A stretch of DNA of 46,541 nucleotides from Candidatus Bipolaricaulis sp. (GCA_028707055.1 JAQTVA010000001.1:1-46541), one strand, 5' to 3'; positions 27,724-36,392 are shown, counted from the first letter of the stretch. Made by a program: numbers and translations. The notes: generated from the letters alone by a model not told the origin.

Positions 27724-28677
27724 TCACTTCCCGAAGCGGAGCTTCAGCCGTCTCACCATGTCGGCCGTCATCGTGGCCAGGTCGTAGGCGGGGCGCCAAT
27801 CCCAGTCGCCGCGCGCGAGGCTGTCGTCGAGGCAGAGGGGCCACGAATCGGCGATGGCTTGACGGAAGTCGGGCGCGTACTCGCAGACGAACGATGGAAT
27901 GTGCTTCCGGATCTCGGCGGCGAGCTCCGCCGCCGAGAAGCTCATTCCGGCGACGTTGTAGTCGCAGTGACGGGACAGCCTTCCGAAGTCCGCATCCATG
28001 AGGGCGAGGGTCGCCTTGATGCAGTCCGGCATGTACATCATGGGCAGCACGGTGTCCGGCCGGACGAAACACGTGTACTGCTCCGCCTGGATTGCCTGGT
28101 AGAAAATGTCGACGGCGTAGTCGGTCGTTCCGCCCCCGGGCGGCGCCTCGCTCGAGATGATCCCGGGGTAGCGCAGGCCGCGGATGTCGAGTCCGTAGCG
28201 ATGCACGTAGTAGTCGCCCACCAGCTCTCCGGTCACCTTGGAGAGGCCGTACATCGTCGTGGGCCGCAGCACGGTCAGCTGCGGAGCCGGATCGCGGGGC
28301 GTCTCGGGGCCGAAGACGGCGATCGAGCTGGGACAGAACACGCGACCGACGGAGAACTCGCGGGCCGCCTCGAGAACGTTGGCCCATCCGCCGACGTTCA
28401 CTTCCCAGGCCAGTCTCGGATTGGCCTCCCCCGTCGCGGAGAGGATCGCCGCCATGTGGTAGATCGTGTCGATCCTGAGATCGGCGACGAGCGAGCGGAT
28501 CCGCTCTCGGTCGCGGACGTCGACGATCTCGAACGGACCGTCTGCGAACGCCGATGCGGCGCCGGGTCGACGAATGTCGGTGGCGACGACACCGCTCGTC
28601 CCGTGTCGCTTGCGGAGAATCGGCGTGAGCTCCGACCCGATCTGGCCTCCCGCTCCCGTGACCAAGACGCGCTGCAT
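27724..28677 (-). CDS. NAD-dependent epimerase/dehydratase (extended SDR) of the GalE-like L-threonine 3-dehydrogenase type
   Basis: MQRVLVTGAGGQIGSEL is the Rossmann GxxGxxG. MYGLSKVTGELVGDYY is the YxxxK motif. PGIISSEAPPGGGTTDYAVDIFY and IADSWPLCLDDSLARGDWDW are typical of SDR-type TDH. The ATG at 28677 follows a GGAGGA RBS. The upstream part of the 413-aa ORF is not coding-like. Confidence 0.8.
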   Translation of the reverse strand: MQRVLVTGAGGQIGSELTPILRKRHGTSGVVATDIRRPGAASAFADGPFEIVDVRDRERIRSLVADLRIDTIYHMAAILSATGEANPRLAWEVNVGGWANVLEAAREFSVGRVFCPSSIAVFGPETPRDPAPQLTVLRPTTMYGLSKVTGELVGDYYVHRYGLDIRGLRYPGIISSEAPPGGGTTDYAVDIFYQAIQAEQYTCFVRPDTVLPMMYMPDCIKATLALMDADFGRLSRHCDYNVAGMSFSAAELAAEIRKHIPSFVCEYAPDFRQAIADSWPLCLDDSLARGDWDWRPAYDLATMTADMVRRLKLRFGK

Positions 28678-28992
28678 ACTTCCTCCTACCTCGGCGTTTC
28701 GGCTGTGGAGGCGAGAGTGTACGCGATCATCGGATCGGTCGGTAGGGCGGGGCTTGCGGTGCTCGAGACCCGATGCTTCGGCGGGATGAGCGAGCGTCGG
28801 ACGTCCCCCTGCCCTGCACGGAGAGACGCGGCCAGCGCGCGGCGTGGTAGACTGGCGAGGGAGACGAGGCGATGCGGATCGTAGCACGGCGTGTGGAGGA
28901 CTCGGAGCGGAGGGAGGGCGAGCGAACCTCTTCCTCGACTCGTGACCTGTCCCGCGGGATGCCAAGGAGTCTCGATTCGTGGGTGATCGTAC

Positions 28993-29403
28993 GTGGGTGA
29001 TCTGGCAACGGGACTCGTCATCTCTGTCTTGGCCGTGGCCGCGGTCTTCGTGTACTTCGGGATTCTCCTTGGCTGCATGAGCCTCCTGGACCGGCTTCCT
29101 CTACGGCGAATCGGGGGGACGGGCGCTCGACAGCCTCTCCGGGGGCGAGAGAGGGAGATCGTGGCGCTGTTCTCGGCGCTGTACGCCCGGCTTCCCCGAA
29201 TAGGAGAAGGCGAGTATCTCCTCCGACTGGGTGCAGAAGAGAGAACTCTCCGCGTCAGTGTATGGTCTTCCGGTCGAGGGATTGTCGAAGCCGCGGGCCG
29301 ATCGCTGGAAGTGCGGATCTGGGGTGAGGATCGGGTGGTGGGAGTGCCATTCGGTCAAGCGCCGGAACCGGAGTCGCGACCATGCGGCGACCCTGAGGGC
29401 TGA
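28993..29403 (+). CDS. hypothetical small membrane-anchored protein (N-terminal TM helix resembling OadG-family anchors)
   Basis: GTG start. GLVISVLAVAAVFVYFGILLGCMSLL is a clear TM segment, followed by a ~100-aa soluble part. I recognise no motifs, so coding status is uncertain. Confidence 0.35.
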   Translation: MGDLATGLVISVLAVAAVFVYFGILLGCMSLLDRLPLRRIGGTGARQPLRGREREIVALFSALYARLPRIGEGEYLLRLGAEERTLRVSVWSSGRGIVEAAGRSLEVRIWGEDRVVGVPFGQAPEPESRPCGDPEG

Positions 29404-29840
29404 CCGAGAAGTGCCGGCACGCGGAGTGTGGATGGGGTGCCGCCGCTCCGCTTCTCCCGATGGGGACGCGTGAGGGATCGCACCGCGGCCCCCTCTCATG
29501 GGATCTGTGCGACAGCCCCGGGGGGATTCACCCGGAGGCACCGAACGCGAGGACGCAGCCGAGCGCCATCCCCGGCCGGAACGTCGCTCCCAACGCGCGA
29601 CAGCGGGCCAATTTCGGCCGGGTCGGGGCGGGACGGTTCACCCGGCGCCTCTTCCGGCTGATGCCGAGTCCGTGTCGTCGTGACGGAGCGGCGCGGCTCC
29701 CCGGGAGAGCGGGTTCAGAGCGCGCGGCTCCAAGCCGTCGGTCGGAGTCCCGTGGGGAGGGTACACTGCGAGGCGGGCGGAGGCTCTCGATGGATCAGCT
29801 TCCGGGCCGCGCGATGGGCGGAGGTGAGACTCTGACGCCG

Positions 29841-30605
29841 ATGAGGATAGACCTGAACTGCGATATGGGGGAGAGTTTCGGAGCTTGGCGGATGGACATC
29901 CGCCCGGCGGCGCTGGAGAGGATCTCCTCCGCGAACATCGCCTGCGGATTCCACGCCGGCGACCCGATGGCGATGGAGGAGGCCGTCCGCTCCTGCCGGG
30001 AGCACGGAGTGGCTGTGGGCGCGCACCCTGGGTTTCCGGACCTGGGGGGGTTCGGACGGCGGGAGATGCGCCTGAGCGCAGGAGAGGTGCGAAACGACCT
30101 TCTGTACCAAGTGGGTGCGCTGGCCGCGTTCTGCACGAGCGTCGGGGTCGAGCTGCAGCATGTCAAGCCGCACGGCGCCCTGTACAACGCGGCAGCGAAC
30201 GACGGGCGTCTGGCTCAAGGGCTCGTCGACGGGATGCTGAGTCTCCGTCCGCACCCCATCCTGGTTGCGCTTTCCGGCTCACGGCTTGCGCGGATGGCCG
30301 AAGAGGCGGGCCTGAGGGTCGGACACGAGGTCTTCGCGGACCGTGCGTACAACCAGGATGGAACCCTCGTCTCTCGCTCCGTCCCGGGTGCCGTGATCCA
30401 TGACCCTGAGGTCATTGCCCGGAGAGCGGTTCGCATGATCCGGGAGGGAGAGGTGGAAACGATCGACGCAGGGGTGATCGCGGTCCGAGCGGACTCGATC
30501 TGCGTGCATGGAGATACTCCCGGAGCGACGGAGATCGTGCTCCGCTTGGCCGATGCTCTGGCGCAGGCGAAGATCGAAGTCGTTGCCCTGCGCGAGCTCG
30601 TATGA
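29841..30605 (+). CDS. pxpA: 5-oxoprolinase subunit A (LamB/YcsF family)
   Basis: MRIDLNCDMGESFG...SSANIACGFHAGDP...VGAHPGFPDLGGFGRR...HVKPHGALYN...VHGDTPGA. I chose the ATG at 29841 after GGAGGTGA. The ORF-track start at 29460 adds about 127 non-homologous, Arg/Pro-rich residues. Confidence 0.9.
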   Translation: MRIDLNCDMGESFGAWRMDIRPAALERISSANIACGFHAGDPMAMEEAVRSCREHGVAVGAHPGFPDLGGFGRREMRLSAGEVRNDLLYQVGALAAFCTSVGVELQHVKPHGALYNAAANDGRLAQGLVDGMLSLRPHPILVALSGSRLARMAEEAGLRVGHEVFADRAYNQDGTLVSRSVPGAVIHDPEVIARRAVRMIREGEVETIDAGVIAVRADSICVHGDTPGATEIVLRLADALAQAKIEVVALRELV

Positions 30606-31348
30606 GAGGACACGACGCGGACGAGTTCCACTTTCGCCCCATGGGGGATCGAGGCCTGCTGATCGAGTTCGAGGAGTCCATCAGCCCAGAGATCCATCGG
30701 AAGGTGCGGGCGCTTTCGCAGGCGATCGAGGGGGCTGGGATCGTGGGCGCGCGGGAGGTGATCCCCGCGTACCGCTCGATGCTGGTGAACTACGACCCGC
30801 GAGAGACCTCGATGGACGACCTGTGCCTGCGGATTCGCGAGTTGGAGACCAAGCCCGATGAACTCGACGTGTCGAAGTCTCGACGAGTCCGGGTTCCCGT
30901 GTGTTACGGCGGAGATCTGGGCCCCGATCTCACGTACGTAGCGCGGCAGAACGGACTGACGGAGGACGACGTGGTGGCGATCCACTCCGGCGCGACCTAT
31001 CTCGTCTACATGGTTGGGTTTCTCCCGGGGTTTCCGTACCTCGGAGGGATGTCCGACAAGATCGCGACGCCCCGGCTGCAGGAACCGCGAACGAGGACAC
31101 CGGCCGGATCCGTGGGGATTGCCGGTGCTCAGACCGGTATCTATCCGATCGAGTCTCCGGGTGGATGGCGGATCATCGGCCGCACACCCATCGAGCTGTT
31201 CGTCGCCCACGAGGTGCCACCCGCACGGCTTCTGATGGGCGACTATGTGGAGTTCGTACCCATCTCGCCGTCCGAGTTTGAGGAGATCCGAGCAGGAGTG
31301 GAGAGGGGAAGGCCCGGCGGGTGCACGCAGGAGGCACGTGAGCATTGA
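30602..31348 (+). CDS. pxpB: 5-oxoprolinase subunit B (KipI / allophanate hydrolase subunit 1 family)
   Basis: FRPMGDRGLLIEFEESISPEIHRKVRAL...IPAYRSMLVNYDP...MVGFLPGFPYLGGM...PRTRTPAGSVGIAGAQTGIYP. ATGA overlap with pxpA. Confidence 0.9.
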   Translation: MRGHDADEFHFRPMGDRGLLIEFEESISPEIHRKVRALSQAIEGAGIVGAREVIPAYRSMLVNYDPRETSMDDLCLRIRELETKPDELDVSKSRRVRVPVCYGGDLGPDLTYVARQNGLTEDDVVAIHSGATYLVYMVGFLPGFPYLGGMSDKIATPRLQEPRTRTPAGSVGIAGAQTGIYPIESPGGWRIIGRTPIELFVAHEVPPARLLMGDYVEFVPISPSEFEEIRAGVERGRPGGCTQEAREH

Positions 31349-32444
31349 AGTGCTGGACCCGGGTTTGCTGACGACGGTGCAAGATCTGGGGCGCGCAGGG
31401 TACGAACGCCACGGAATTCCCCCCGCAGGGGCCGCTGACCCCTATGCGTTGCGGCTCGGAAACCTGCTTCTCGGAAACGACGAGGGCGAGGCGGGCCTGG
31501 AGGTAACCCTTCTCGGGCCGACCCTGCGTTTCGAGGAAGACTGCTGGATTGCGATCACGGGGGCGGACCTGGGGGCGCGTGTGAACGGGGTGGAGGCGCC
31601 GGTTTGGGAGACCGTCCCGGTCGGCGCCGGCGATCGGCTGTCGTTTGGGACTCCCAAGAAGGGGGTGCGCGCTTACCTCACCGTGGCCGGGGGAGTCGAC
31701 GTGTCCCGAGTCCTTTCCAGCCGGTCGACCTACTTGCGCGCCAAGCTCGGCGGCTTGGACGGCCGTGCGCTGAAGGCGGGCGACCGGGTGGGGATCCGGG
31801 CGGCGTCGGCTCGCCATCGACGCCTGCCCGCGGAGTTCGTGCCGGCGTACGGCTCGGCCCCCCTCCGCGTCATTCTCGGACCCCAGGAAGGGCGGTTCAC
31901 GAGAGAAGGCATCCACACGTTCCTTTCCTCCACGTATCAGGTACGACCGGACTCCGACCGAATGGGAGTGCGCCTTCAAGGGCCGAGGATTGACCACGTG
32001 GGGGAGGCCGACATCATCTCGGAGCCCGTGTGTACGGGGGCGATTCAGGTGCCGGCCAGCGGCCAACCCATCGTCCTTCTGGTCGACCGGCAGACAACCG
32101 GCGGCTACGCGAAGATCGGAGCCGTCATCTCCGCGGATCTGCCGAGGCTCGGTCAAGCCATGCCGGGAGACCGGCTTACGTTCGCTGCGTGCTCCCTTGA
32201 AGAGGCGCACGGGCTGCTCCGAGAGCGGGAGGCGGGAGTCTCCGAGCTTAAGAGGATTATCGAGGCGGGCGGGCTGGATTGTCGCAGGACACTGCAGGTC
32301 AGTACCTCGGCTCACACCTACACCGTGGAGATCACCACAGCGGCGGCGAAGCGGGTCTGCGTACGCGTTGACGGCACAGCGTACGATGTGACCGTGGAGG
32401 CACAGAACGCGTGGGCGCCTCCAGACTCAGGAGAGGAAGGCTGA
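31338..32444 (+). CDS. pxpC: 5-oxoprolinase subunit C (KipA / allophanate hydrolase subunit 2 family) with ~50-aa C-terminal extension
   Basis: The GTG at 31338 follows a GCAGGAGG RBS. IEVLDPGLLTTVQDLGRAGYERHGIPPAGAADPYALRLGNLLLGN...QTTGGYAKIGAVISADLPRLGQ. The tail is HTYTVEITTAAAKRVCVRVDGTAYDVTVEA. Confidence 0.88.
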   Translation: MSIEVLDPGLLTTVQDLGRAGYERHGIPPAGAADPYALRLGNLLLGNDEGEAGLEVTLLGPTLRFEEDCWIAITGADLGARVNGVEAPVWETVPVGAGDRLSFGTPKKGVRAYLTVAGGVDVSRVLSSRSTYLRAKLGGLDGRALKAGDRVGIRAASARHRRLPAEFVPAYGSAPLRVILGPQEGRFTREGIHTFLSSTYQVRPDSDRMGVRLQGPRIDHVGEADIISEPVCTGAIQVPASGQPIVLLVDRQTTGGYAKIGAVISADLPRLGQAMPGDRLTFAACSLEEAHGLLREREAGVSELKRIIEAGGLDCRRTLQVSTSAHTYTVEITTAAAKRVCVRVDGTAYDVTVEAQNAWAPPDSGEEG

Positions 32445-32732
32445 GCGAGGCCGCCGGCGGCTGCGGCGTTCGAGAGGCCGAACTCCTGTTCCGGACGGAG
32501 AAGAAACGAGCGGCACGGTCGCCCGCCCATGCGAGGGTCGGGAAATGCGGGCTTTCGTCTGCGTCACAAGCTCTGGATCGTCCCGCGCTGTGCACGCGTC
32601 CGATCCGAGCACGATGAGGCTCGCGCGGCGAGGCTCTCCCGCCGCGAGACGACGTCATAGCGTGTCCGAGAAAAGGGCGCATGACCGCAACGAGACCAGG
32701 ATCCAAGGGCGGCCTTCAGCTCCGTTCTCCGC

Positions 32733-32761
32733 TTGGGTGAGCGACGCCGGTCGCGTATAAT
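32733..32761 (+). promoter_or_regulatory. sigma70-type promoter TTGGGT-17 nt-TATAAT, ~200 nt upstream of the KamA-family gene
   Basis: TTGGGT is at 32733-32738 and TATAAT at 32756-32761, in a locally AT-richer stretch. Confidence 0.5.
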
Positions 32762-32962
32762 TGCTCAGTTGGAGCGTACGCTCCCATCGACTCTGCAAAT
32801 CAGATCTACCGATAGAACCAGCGTGCAGCAACGTGGCGGGTCGCTGAGCGGGCATCCCGAATTCACGGCCCACGACCCCAAGACGTCACCGGACAGAATG
32901 GAGCCCAGGCGGCATAGCGCCTGGGTCATCGGGTGCTGCTGACATGTGGGAGGTGAGCGGAC

Positions 32963-34801
32963 GTGGTGAAGGGAATCTGGGAAGCGCAGGGAGCGACGGG
33001 TATCTCCTTGTGGGACGAGGATCGGAATCTCCTGGAGATTCTCCGGGAGAGCGCGACGTACGAGGAGGCGCGGGAAGCGCTACGGAGCTACCTTGACGAC
33101 CTCGAGGCCGCTCACCGCGATGGGGTGACGCGGTTGGATCGAGTGGAGCGGGCGCTGGCTCTGAACAGGACTGCGGTGCTCAAGGAGATGTTGGCCCTCC
33201 AGAACGAGGCGATTGTCGGCTTCAGCACGGGCGAGCTTCTCTGGCGACTGGCGCAGGATGGTGACGCGACGCCGGTCTCGCAGGGCTTCATCCTGGAGGT
33301 CTGCCACATCCTGCGGGCCATCCACGGCGTGTCCGGAACGGGCCGCGGCTGGCTGACGCGGGCTGTGGATGAGGACACGGGACTCGATACCGAAGGGGAT
33401 GCGGCGAGGCATTCGGCGCAGGTGAGATCGGAGTTCCTCGACGGCCTGGCCACGGAGGTGGCCGCCCAAGTGAGCCGCTACCCATGCGGGCTGGACGACG
33501 AACTGGTCGAGCGCCGTGAGGTCAATCGCCGTCGCATCCAGCGCTTCCTCGGGGCGACCGACGCGGAGTGGGACGACGGCGGGTGGCAGATGGCCCACGT
33601 GTTCAAGGCGGGCACGGGGTTAGAGGCGCTCCGGCAGCTGGTTCCGCTCTCGCGCTCGGAGGACGTGGCGCTGCGTCTCGCCGTGCGCCACGAGGTCCCG
33701 TGGGGCATCACGCCGTACTACCTGTCGCTGTTCGACGCGCGCACGTCCAGCGGGGCGGAGGACGGGCAGGTGCGAAGCCAGGTGATTCCCCCGGTGCACA
33801 CGGTGCGGTCGATGATCGAGCACCGTCGCGATCGAGGAACCGCACTCGATTTCATGCGCGAGGGCGAGACCTCACCGGCCGACGGTGTGACTCGGCGGTA
33901 CGCGGGCGTGGCGATCCTGAAGCTCTGCGACACCTGCCCGCAGATCTGCGTGTACTGCCAGCGCAACTGGGAGATCTCCGAAGCGATGGCCTTGGACCGC
34001 GCCCCTACCTTGGGGTCTGCGGAATCGGCGCTGCGTTGGTTCGAGGAGCATCCCGGGATCTCCGACGTCCTCATCACCGGAGGAGACCCTCTGGTGGCCT
34101 CGGACGAGGCGCTGTGCCGTGTGTTGGAGCGGCTGTCTCGGATGGATCACGTGATGCACATTCGAATCGGCACCCGAGTGCCGGTCACCGTTCCCATGCG
34201 GATCACCGACGAGCTGGCGGAGCGTCTCGCTTCGTACATCGTCCCCGGGCGCCGGCAGGTCGCGATCGTGACGCACGTGGAGAGCGCCTACGAGATCACA
34301 CCGGCCCTGGCCTCGGCGATCGACCGTCTGCGCCGCCATGGCCTGCGCGTCTACAATCAGCAGGTCTTCACGGTCCAGACGAGCCGACGCTTCCAGACAG
34401 CGGCGAACCGGATCGCCCTCAAGCGCGTCGGGATCGATCCGTACTACACCTTCTACCCCAAGGGGAAGGATGAGCACCGCGAGTACCTCGTCCCCGTCGC
34501 GAGGCTCCTCCAGGAACGCAAGGAGGAAGCGAGGGTCCTGCCGGGCATGTTCCGGACAGACGAGTCGGTGTTCAATGTCCCCGGCCTCGGCAAGAACCAC
34601 CTACGAGCGAGGCAGGATCGAGAGTGGGTGGGGATACGGGCGGACGGCCGACGGGTCTACCTGTTCCACCCCTGGGAGAAGGGGGTCGCCCAGGCGTCGC
34701 CGTGGGCGTACACCGACGTGTCGATCGCCGAGTACCTCGAGCATCTGGCGGAGCTGGGCGAAGACCCCAGCGACTACGAGTCGATCTGGTACTACACCTA
34801 G
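32963..34801 (+). CDS. KamA-family radical SAM aminomutase-like protein with ~230-aa N-terminal extension (612 aa)
   Basis: The GTG at 32963 lies 9 nt after GGAGG. CPQICVYC is the CxxxCxxC cluster. VLITGGDPL, PWGITPYYLSLFD and VPGLGK (position of the KamA PLP-lysine motif) are present. Confidence 0.85.
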   Translation: MVKGIWEAQGATGISLWDEDRNLLEILRESATYEEAREALRSYLDDLEAAHRDGVTRLDRVERALALNRTAVLKEMLALQNEAIVGFSTGELLWRLAQDGDATPVSQGFILEVCHILRAIHGVSGTGRGWLTRAVDEDTGLDTEGDAARHSAQVRSEFLDGLATEVAAQVSRYPCGLDDELVERREVNRRRIQRFLGATDAEWDDGGWQMAHVFKAGTGLEALRQLVPLSRSEDVALRLAVRHEVPWGITPYYLSLFDARTSSGAEDGQVRSQVIPPVHTVRSMIEHRRDRGTALDFMREGETSPADGVTRRYAGVAILKLCDTCPQICVYCQRNWEISEAMALDRAPTLGSAESALRWFEEHPGISDVLITGGDPLVASDEALCRVLERLSRMDHVMHIRIGTRVPVTVPMRITDELAERLASYIVPGRRQVAIVTHVESAYEITPALASAIDRLRRHGLRVYNQQVFTVQTSRRFQTAANRIALKRVGIDPYYTFYPKGKDEHREYLVPVARLLQERKEEARVLPGMFRTDESVFNVPGLGKNHLRARQDREWVGIRADGRRVYLFHPWEKGVAQASPWAYTDVSIAEYLEHLAELGEDPSDYESIWYYT

Positions 34802-35253
34802 GACTCGGCCGGCGGCGGTGCGACGAGGGTTACGGCCCACGTGAACTCGTAGAGGTCTCCGCCGATCTCGGCGGTGCCCGTGCCGGACAGCGTGTCACTG
34901 TCCGCTGTGCCGTCGAAGACGAAGACGACGTCGACCGGCGTCGGGACCTTGTCGTTCACTCCAGAGGCAGTGAACTCGACCGACGAGCCGTGAGCGCGAC
35001 CCTGTGTGATGTCGATCGTATACGTCTCGGTGCCGTGGCTCGTCAGGGTGACCCTCCCGGAGAGGTCCTTGTCCTCCTGCGTGAGGTCGAAGGATAGCGG
35101 ATACGTGATGTTGGCTGCGGGGCCGTCCGTCCACGTGAGCGTTCCGACCCATCCGCCGGTGACATCGACCGTGATGATCGACGAGCAGCCGGTGGCGACC
35201 AGCAGGGCGATCAGCCCCAGCCGAAGCAACACGCGTTTCCACAATCTCGCCAT
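34798..35253 (-). CDS. hypothetical lipoprotein
   Basis: MARLWKRVLLRLGLIALLVATGCSS is a signal peptide plus lipobox (L-V-A-T-G-C). The ATG at 35253 lies 5 nt after GGAGGG. The mature part is beta-strand-rich. Confidence 0.75.
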   Translation of the reverse strand: MARLWKRVLLRLGLIALLVATGCSSIITVDVTGGWVGTLTWTDGPAANITYPLSFDLTQEDKDLSGRVTLTSHGTETYTIDITQGRAHGSSVEFTASGVNDKVPTPVDVVFVFDGTADSDTLSGTGTAEIGGDLYEFTWAVTLVAPPPAES

Positions 35254-35412
35254 ACTCTCCCTCCGCGGCAAAGCCTAGATGGGAGCGCGAAGAGGTCGAA
35301 GGCATCGCGGCCCGCGCGGGAGGGACGTTCGACACCCTGCGGTCGTGAGGCAACGCGCCCGTGGCCGGCCGTGCCGCGCCGCGCGGGCCGCTGTGCACGG
35401 TCGCCGGGAGGC

Positions 35413-35418
35413 TATAAT
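35413..35418 (+). promoter_or_regulatory. candidate -10 box (TATAAT) upstream of fpg
   Basis: GGCTATAATCC lies 22 nt before the GTG start. No good -35 is seen. Confidence 0.35.
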
Positions 35419-35440
35419 CCCGAGCCGAAAGGAGCTGGCG

Positions 35441-36289
35441 GTGCCCGAACTCCCCGATCTCGAAGTGATGCGCGAGGTTCTCGCCGAGCGCGTGCTCGAC
35501 CGCCCGATGCTCTCGGCCCGTGCGTGCCGTCCCGACATCCTGAAGACCGTGGCCCCGCCGCTCGATGCGCTTTCCGGAACCGCGTTCCGTGCGGTCGGAC
35601 GGATCGGGAAGCACCTGATTCTGACGGTACGCGACGACCTCCATGTGGTGGTCCACCTGATGGTCGCCGGGCGCCTCGTCCTCACGGGGAGCCACACGAA
35701 GGTCACGAAGGCCACGGGCTTTCTCGTCTCGTTCGTCGACGGCGAGGACCTGCGGTTGGTCGAGAACGGGTCGATCAAGCGGGCGAACGTCCATCTGGTT
35801 GCGGATCCCGCCGACGTCGACCGCGTGGCTCGCGCCGGCGTCGAGCCGTTATCCGATCAATTCACGGCCGAATTCCTCGCGCAGCGGTTCGCCGAGGAGC
35901 GGCGGCAGGTCAAGAAGGCGATCACCGACCCGTCGTGGATCGGCGGGATCGGAACGGCGTACGCGGACGAGATCCTGTTTGCTGCGAAGCTGTCGCCGAT
36001 CCGCTATACCAACACGCTGAAGAAGGACGAGTTGGAGCGGCTGTGCGTGGCGACGCGCGAGGTGCTGCGCGCCGGGATCGAGGCGACGCGGGCGCGATCG
36101 AAGGGAAGCCTCGTCTCCGACGACGCCCGCGCGGCGATGCGCATCTACGGGCGGGCCGGGGAGCCGTGCCCTGTCTGCGGCGATCCGATCGCCGAGATCC
36201 GCTTTGCCGAGACGCGCACCTTCTACTGCCCCCACTGCCAGGCGGGCGACAAGACGATCGCCGACCGTCGCTCCTGGCTGAGGCGGTAG
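35441..36289 (+). CDS. mutM: formamidopyrimidine-DNA glycosylase / Nei-family DNA glycosylase
   Basis: (M)PELPDLEV is the N-terminus, with catalytic Pro2 and Glu3. IGKHLIL is present. The H2TH region is IGGIGTAYADEILFAAKLSP. The zinc finger is CPVCGDPI...YCPHCQ. The GTG at 35441 follows AAAGGAG. Confidence 0.88.
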   Translation: MPELPDLEVMREVLAERVLDRPMLSARACRPDILKTVAPPLDALSGTAFRAVGRIGKHLILTVRDDLHVVVHLMVAGRLVLTGSHTKVTKATGFLVSFVDGEDLRLVENGSIKRANVHLVADPADVDRVARAGVEPLSDQFTAEFLAQRFAEERRQVKKAITDPSWIGGIGTAYADEILFAAKLSPIRYTNTLKKDELERLCVATREVLRAGIEATRARSKGSLVSDDARAAMRIYGRAGEPCPVCGDPIAEIRFAETRTFYCPHCQAGDKTIADRRSWLRR

Positions 36290-36392
36290 GGCGGGCCCGC
36301 ACACCCTCTTCGCGGAGGCCGCTCCCCGGCCGAGCGGAGCGCCGATGGACGGACGGAACGACTGCGGATCGGCTACTGCCCCAGAGGGTTTC

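Noticed and set aside
27578-27787. A 69-aa ORF across the rplQ-downstream repeats (MPTKRLVARSLWHV...HKPRATGYEPQTVRYRLRATSR).
   Set aside because: Its periodic sequence is simply the translation of the 14-nt DNA repeats. It has no RBS, and it runs into the antisense of the dehydrogenase gene.
29460-29840. N-terminal 127-aa extension of the pxpA ORF in the ORF track (start at 29460).
   Set aside because: - LamB/YcsF proteins begin at M-x-IDLN-x-D-x-GE, which here is the ATG at 29841 preceded by GGAGGTGA.
- The extension is Arg/Pro/Gly-rich with no homology-like features.
32445-32732. Search for a decayed biotinyl domain or other gene downstream of pxpC (ORFs 32411-32617, 32545-32760, 32332-32706).
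   Set aside because: By-eye translation of the overlapping ORFs gave no E-A-M-K-M motif or other recognisable domain. The ORFs are Arg/Ser/Ala-rich artefacts. The region is left as unexplained non-coding DNA.
32762-32830. tRNA-like D-arm string GCTCAGTTGGAGC just after the TATAAT box.
   Set aside because: No acceptor stem, anticodon stem or T-arm (GTTCRANYC) can be built around it. The adjacent palindrome GGAGCGTACGCTCC explains the similarity.
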